From Rebecca billardiae RCC1528 (taxonomy: Eukaryota > Protista > Haptophyta), in contig OZ251227.1 in the NCBI GenBank assembly GCA_965240325.2, forward strand, positions 1,054,001 to 1,118,000: a stretch of DNA of 64,000 nucleotides. Reading direction: 5' to 3'. Below the pieces are notes generated by a model, which searched no databases, was not told the origin of the DNA, and was given only the letters and a program-made list of their open reading frames with translations. Below are positions 59,217 through 64,000 of this stretch, piece by piece (the first letter of the stretch is position 1; each line of letters starts with the position of its first letter). The translations under genes and the position numbers were made by a program.

Positions 59217-60443
59217 ATGTTGAACGACAGCAAGCAGAGGTCGGTGGTGATGGTGTGGGTCGGCGTCGCGCTCTGCGTCGGGGTGGTGTGGCTCGCGCTC
59301 CCTAATTCAGCCGACAAGGGACCGAGTGACGCGCAGGCGAAGACCGCAGGCGGCGTGGTCGACGAGCCCGCCGCAGTCGCCGAGGGGTCCGCGCCGGAGG
59401 GGCCGAAGGCCCCGAAGGCTCCGAAGGCCCCCAGCCCAGCTGGGGCGAAGCCGGTGTCACCGCCCAACACGCAGAAGGCCCTGAGCGCCGCACCGTCTCA
59501 GCCGCAACGATCGCCTCGCTGCTGCGTGTGCAACCGCGACGCGCCCGACGAGTGTGCGTGCATCCCCCGGGGCAGCTCAATCGTTTTCATGGGCGACGAC
59601 ATCTCGCTGCACCAGTACCTCGACCTGGTGTATTCCCTCAAGTACGGCTCGGAGGGAGAATGGGCGAGGCGCTCGAGCAACTGGCCGACGGTACCCCTGA
59701 GCTACAAGCACGCAGGCAACAGCGGGTTGCAGCTCACGCACATGACAGAAACAAACGCTGAGCTGCAGCCGGAGGAGTGGTGCAACTGCCACCCGACGTC
59801 CTCGGAGAAGGAGAAGAGGTTGTCGTGGGAGCACTACATTTCCAACCGGTACTATCACGACGCGCACTGCGGCGTCAATGTGACCGTCTTCTCGTTCCCG
59901 GGGAACGCTCCGATCGAGGGCCATCTCTCGGGTGCTTACGGCGAGCGGCCGGCAGGTGTGCCGGAGATCCGGAAACTGCTGGTGAAGATGAGGACGTACA
60001 AGCAGTTCAAGTGGGTGTACAAGTGGCGAGATGCCATCACCAAGGTCGTCGCCCATCTGCGCCCGAGCCTACTCGTGCTCAACCAGGGCCACTTTGCCAG
60101 CTCGGCGAGCATCGACTACATGGACCTGCGCCGGGCGGCGGCGGCAGCTGCCCAGTGCGTCGTGTGGCGCACGACGACCAAGCCGCGCAGCGCGACCAAG
60201 GCGCCGCCGGACACGAGCGCGCGCGCCGCGTTTGCGATGGACGCCATTTTCGATGCTGGGCGGATCACTGAGGAGCTCAAGGACCCAAAGACGGCGTACG
60301 TCGACGCATGGCGGTTCATGCCGCGCGTGTACCACCAACTCAACTACCGCATGCTCAGTGTCCTCTTCCCGCAGAGTGCTGCTGGCCTCGCGCCACGCTC
60401 GATGGCCGGGGCTGCATGCCCGCGCGGCTACACGTTTGTGTAG
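59217..60443 (+). CDS. Type II membrane protein with SGNH/PC-esterase-like domain (degenerate active site)
   Basis: N-terminal TM and Pro/Ala stalk; SIVFMGDD..HQYLDL, LLVLNQGH, VVWRTTT, YVDAWRF..VYHQLN. Confidence 0.65.
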   Translation: MLNDSKQRSVVMVWVGVALCVGVVWLALPNSADKGPSDAQAKTAGGVVDEPAAVAEGSAPEGPKAPKAPKAPSPAGAKPVSPPNTQKALSAAPSQPQRSPRCCVCNRDAPDECACIPRGSSIVFMGDDISLHQYLDLVYSLKYGSEGEWARRSSNWPTVPLSYKHAGNSGLQLTHMTETNAELQPEEWCNCHPTSSEKEKRLSWEHYISNRYYHDAHCGVNVTVFSFPGNAPIEGHLSGAYGERPAGVPEIRKLLVKMRTYKQFKWVYKWRDAITKVVAHLRPSLLVLNQGHFASSASIDYMDLRRAAAAAAQCVVWRTTTKPRSATKAPPDTSARAAFAMDAIFDAGRITEELKDPKTAYVDAWRFMPRVYHQLNYRMLSVLFPQSAAGLAPRSMAGAACPRGYTFV

Positions 60444-60664
60444 TCGCGCTCGCTATATAGCCGCGCAATAGATATGCTGCCCGCCTCTAGTCTATATCCA
60501 GTAGTCGGCGTCGTCGTAGTCACTCAGTACTGTCATCCGATCGCGGTAGTCGCGCCTGTCTGAGTCGGGTCTGAGGTCACCGACACCAGGCACGCCAAAC
60601 GCGCCCGCCTGCGCAGGCGGCAGGGCGCAGACGATTCGACCCAGACGATGACGGCGCTGCCGGG

Positions 60665-63600
60665 CTACTCCGGCTGCAGCTGCAGCGCTGGGTACGCAAG
60701 CACCTCGCCTGCGAGCGTGCCGACGAGCACGGCGTCGTCCGCCACGCGGATGCAGCTGACGGCGGTGGGCGCGGGCGCCCACTCGCGCACCTGCGCGAGC
60801 GGCTGGCCTGCATACGCACGCAGCGTGCCGTCCTCGCAGCCGCACACGAGCGCGTTTGCTTGCGCGGCGAGCTCGAGCGCGCACACGGCCGCGCCGGTCT
60901 CGAGCGACGCGAGCCGCGTGCCGTCCATGCCAAAGACGTGCAGCGCGGCGCGCACGCCGACGACGAGCTGCGCGGCGCGCGGCATGAGCACGAGCGCGCG
61001 CACGCCGTGCTCGGGCGCGCCGCGCCCCGCGGGCGGCACAACCGCCAGGGCGAGCACGCCGCCGAGCAGCGTGTGCACCAGCGCCAGGCCGTCCATCGCG
61101 CCGCTGGCGACGAGGCCGAGCTGGTCGCACACGTGCAGCGCGCTGATGGGCGCCTCGTGGCCGTGCAGGCTGGCGCTCGGCTGCGCGCACACCTCCGACA
61201 CGGCGAGGGGCGCGGCGGCGGCGGCGGCGGCGGCGGTGGAGGCGGAGGCGGAGGCGGCCGCGGCGGGGCCGGTGAGCATGCCGGCGCCGGCAGGCCCACT
61301 GCCCACGCCGCCCGCGCCCGCGCCGCCAGCCTCGGCCGCCATCGGCCACAGCCGCACCGAGCCGTCCTCGCCGCCGGTCGCGAGCCAGCGCGCGCTCGCG
61401 CTCGCGCGCACGCACGAGACCACGCTCGGCTGGCGCTCGCTCCAGAGCAGCACGCCCGAGTGGGCGCTGAACGCGCGCGCGCTGCCGTCCCAGAGCCCCG
61501 CGACTGCCACCATCACGCGCCGCGGCTCGGAGCCGACGATGGCGACGGCGCGCGCGGCGCAGTGCCCGGGCGCGAACGGCGCGACAGGCGGCTCGGCGGT
61601 GGTGAGCGCCGCCGCCGCGGCAGCGGTGGCGCCGCCGCCGAGCGCGCCGCCGCCGCCCCCCGCGCCGCCGCCCGCCCTCGCGTCGGCGGCGGCGTCTGGT
61701 GGCGTGCCGGCCCCGGCTGCGCCCGCCTCGGCGTGGCCCGGCGCCGCCGCCGCGCGCGACGGGAGGGCGATCAGCCTGCGCGCCCCGTCGAGCGCGAGCG
61801 CGCCGCCGCCGGTCGTGGCGCCGAGCGCTAGGATGGGCGCGGCGGGCTCGGGCGCGCGCGCGAGCGTGCGCGCGCGCGCGGCGCCCGCGGCGCGAGCGGC
61901 TGCGGCGCCGAGCCCGGCGCTCGGCGCGGGCGGCGCGCGGCGCGGCCCGTGCGGCGCGCTGAAGAGCTGGATTGGTGTCTGCCCAAAGTTGTTCAGCTGC
62001 GCCTTGAGCGCCTCGAGCTCGCGCGCGTCCGCCACGGCCGAGAGGTCGCACCCGCCCTCGTACGTGAGGTAGAAGAACACGTTCAGCGCGCGCACCGCCT
62101 GCCGCGGGGGAGGGGGAGTGCGAGGGCGCGCGGTGCGCGCGTCGGCGGGCGCCGGGCGCGCCGGCGCGCGAGCGCACACGCGCGCGCGCGCGCGCGCGCG
62201 CGCGCACCTCCGGCCCCGTCTGCTTGTAGCCGAAGATGAGGTCGATCCACTCGTGCAGGTGGGCGGACACGTGCTCCGACTCGAGCGCCGCGCGGTGCTT
62301 CGCCACGAAGTCGGCCGCGGACGAAGCCCACGGCGGCAGCTGCACGTCGCCGAGCGGCTCGCCCGACGAGCGCACGCCGAGCGGCACGCCGTTGTTGTTC
62401 TTCAGAAAGTGCGCGCAGTAGAAGAACTCGGGGGTGAGCTCCTTGACGTCGGCGGCGCCGCGCGTGCACGCGCGCCACGTGTCGCCCACGCTGTGGAACA
62501 GCCGGTCCGCGTGGTCCAGCTTGCCCGACTGCAGCGCCACCGCGTACGAGGTGAACGGCTCGAGGCGCAGCAGGTAGAAGAGCACGTACCCGAGCGTCGA
62601 GTAGTGCGAGCCGTAGTGGAAGGGCGGCACCTCGGGGTCGTCGAAGGCGGCGTACGTGGCCGAGGCCGCGGCGGCCTGCGCGTCGCGCTGCGCGCCCATC
62701 GGCCGGCCCAGCTCGCGGAAGCTCGCCGGCTGCGCCAGGTCGAGCTCGTCGCTCTCATAGTCCGCGAGCACCCACGGCATCACGGGGTACTGGTTGAGGT
62801 CGTGGTAGGAGCGGCCCGCCAGCGTGTTCAGGCCGAGGAGGTACTCGAAGTTGGAGAGCTCGCGGCGGTCCCAGCGCGCGCGCAGCGCGGGCAGCGCGTC
62901 CGCGTCGCCGTCGCGCACGCCCACGCGGCGCAGCGCCTTCGCGAGCCGCGCGCGCGCGGCGGGCGTGCGCACGGACACGAGCACGGAAGCGGGCCCGCTC
63001 TGCGCGCGGTAGAAGACCTCGACGCCCACGTGCTGCATCAGGTGGCGGCGCCGGTGCCACAGCGTGAGGCTGGAGGTGGGCACGGCGAAGGCGACCCAGT
63101 CGGACGCCTCCGCCGCCACCAGCTCGACGCCGTGCGCCGCCGCCTCCGCGGCCACGCCCTCGAGCGAGCCCTCCGCCGCGCGGAACGCGAGCGCGGTGCG
63201 CGTGAGCGTGAGCGCGCCGCGCAGCAGCACGTACGGACGGATCAGCTCCGCGTCCGCGCAGCTGAAGAGGGCGTCGGGCGTGCACGCGCCCGCCGCGGCG
63301 GCCGCGCTCGCGAGCGAGTCGTTGGGGGGCGGCAGCTCGGCCGCGTCCACCAGGATCGCCTCCTCCGAGCTCGACGCGCGCACGGGCTCGGCGGCGGCGG
63401 CGGCGGACGGCGCGTCCTCCTCCTCGTCCGCGCCGCCGCCCGCCGACCGCGCCGAGCCTTCGCGCGCGCCGCCCGCGCCCTCCGCCGCGGCCGCGGCGGC
63501 TGCGGACGACGAGATGTCGCGCGCCGCGCCGAGCCGGCGGAGGGACGCGCGGTCCGTCGAGGCGCGCGCCCACGGGTTCGCGCCCCCCGCCGCGTCCGCG

Positions 63601-64000
63601 CCGTCCGCGCCCGCCTCGGTCGCGTGCCGCGGCGCGTGCGCGCGCAGCGCCGCGTCGGGCAGCGCGAGCAGCCGACGCCGCTGCCGGTCCTCGACCTCGA
63701 GCAGACGGCGGAGGCGCGCGCCGTCGGCGGCGCGGCAGCGCCACGCGCCCGCGAGCGGGTGGAGGAGCTGCTCGCGCGCGCTCGCCCACGCCTTGGCGCC
63801 CGCCACGCCCGCGCGCGAGAAGAGCTCGCGCCGCGCCGCGGCGGCGGCGCCGACGCGCGCACACATGGCCACGCGCTCCGCGAGCGCCTCGGCGCGCGGC
63901 CGCTCGGCGGCGGTCGCCGCGTCGCGCGCCGCGCGCTCGTGCCGCGCTCGCAGCTCGTCGGCGGCGCGCGCACGGCGCTCGGCCGCGGCGCGCGCGACGC
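60665..64000 (-). CDS. BEACH-domain protein (PH-BEACH-WD40; neurobeachin/LYST/Lvs family), 5' part beyond the right edge
   Basis: LSNFEYLLGLNTLAGRSYHDLNQYPVMPWV, FHYGSHYS, DVKELTPEFF, LHEWIDLIFGYKQ, NFGQTPIQLF and WD repeats; intron 62099-62207. Confidence 0.95.

Overview
Very GC-rich, intron-containing eukaryotic DNA. The short GC-rich GT-AG and GC-AG introns and the bipartite plastid-type leaders suggest a haptophyte-like alga (inference). About 20 host genes are present, many in tight head-to-head pairs: an ADP1-like ABCG transporter, a CPA2 antiporter, an SLC10A7-like transporter, a probable CTLH/WD40 protein, a 4-TM/PH protein, YjbQ, an F-box/RCC1 protein, a DUF2834-like protein, ZSWIM7, CobW/COG0523, an AGC pseudokinase, a membrane metzincin, NDUFA5, an EF-hand membrane protein, a sulfotransferase, COMMD4, a peroxisomal carnitine acyltransferase, an SGNH-like protein and a BEACH protein. 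These are interleaved with non-autonomous mobile DNA. The most striking feature is 14914-21265, where three different ~1.8-2.6 kb units are joined head-to-tail with no spacer. They share a ~200 bp 5' module, a ~60 bp 3' module, asymmetric inverted repeats and terminal hairpins, yet each carries different cargo, one an HTH plus ubiquitin-specific-protease remnant. A fourth copy stands alone at 35368-39322. The termini match Helitron2/Helentron-type elements, and the array behaves like a cassette array. Also present: a MULE-like element with a 9-bp TSD and a 937-bp internal fold-back, a second 402-bp fold-back, two TIR elements in (TA)n tracts, a Tc1/mariner-type MITE with many orphan ends, and a retroelement-like repeat. 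No transposase, Rep/helicase, RT, rRNA, tRNA or CRISPR array could be supported.
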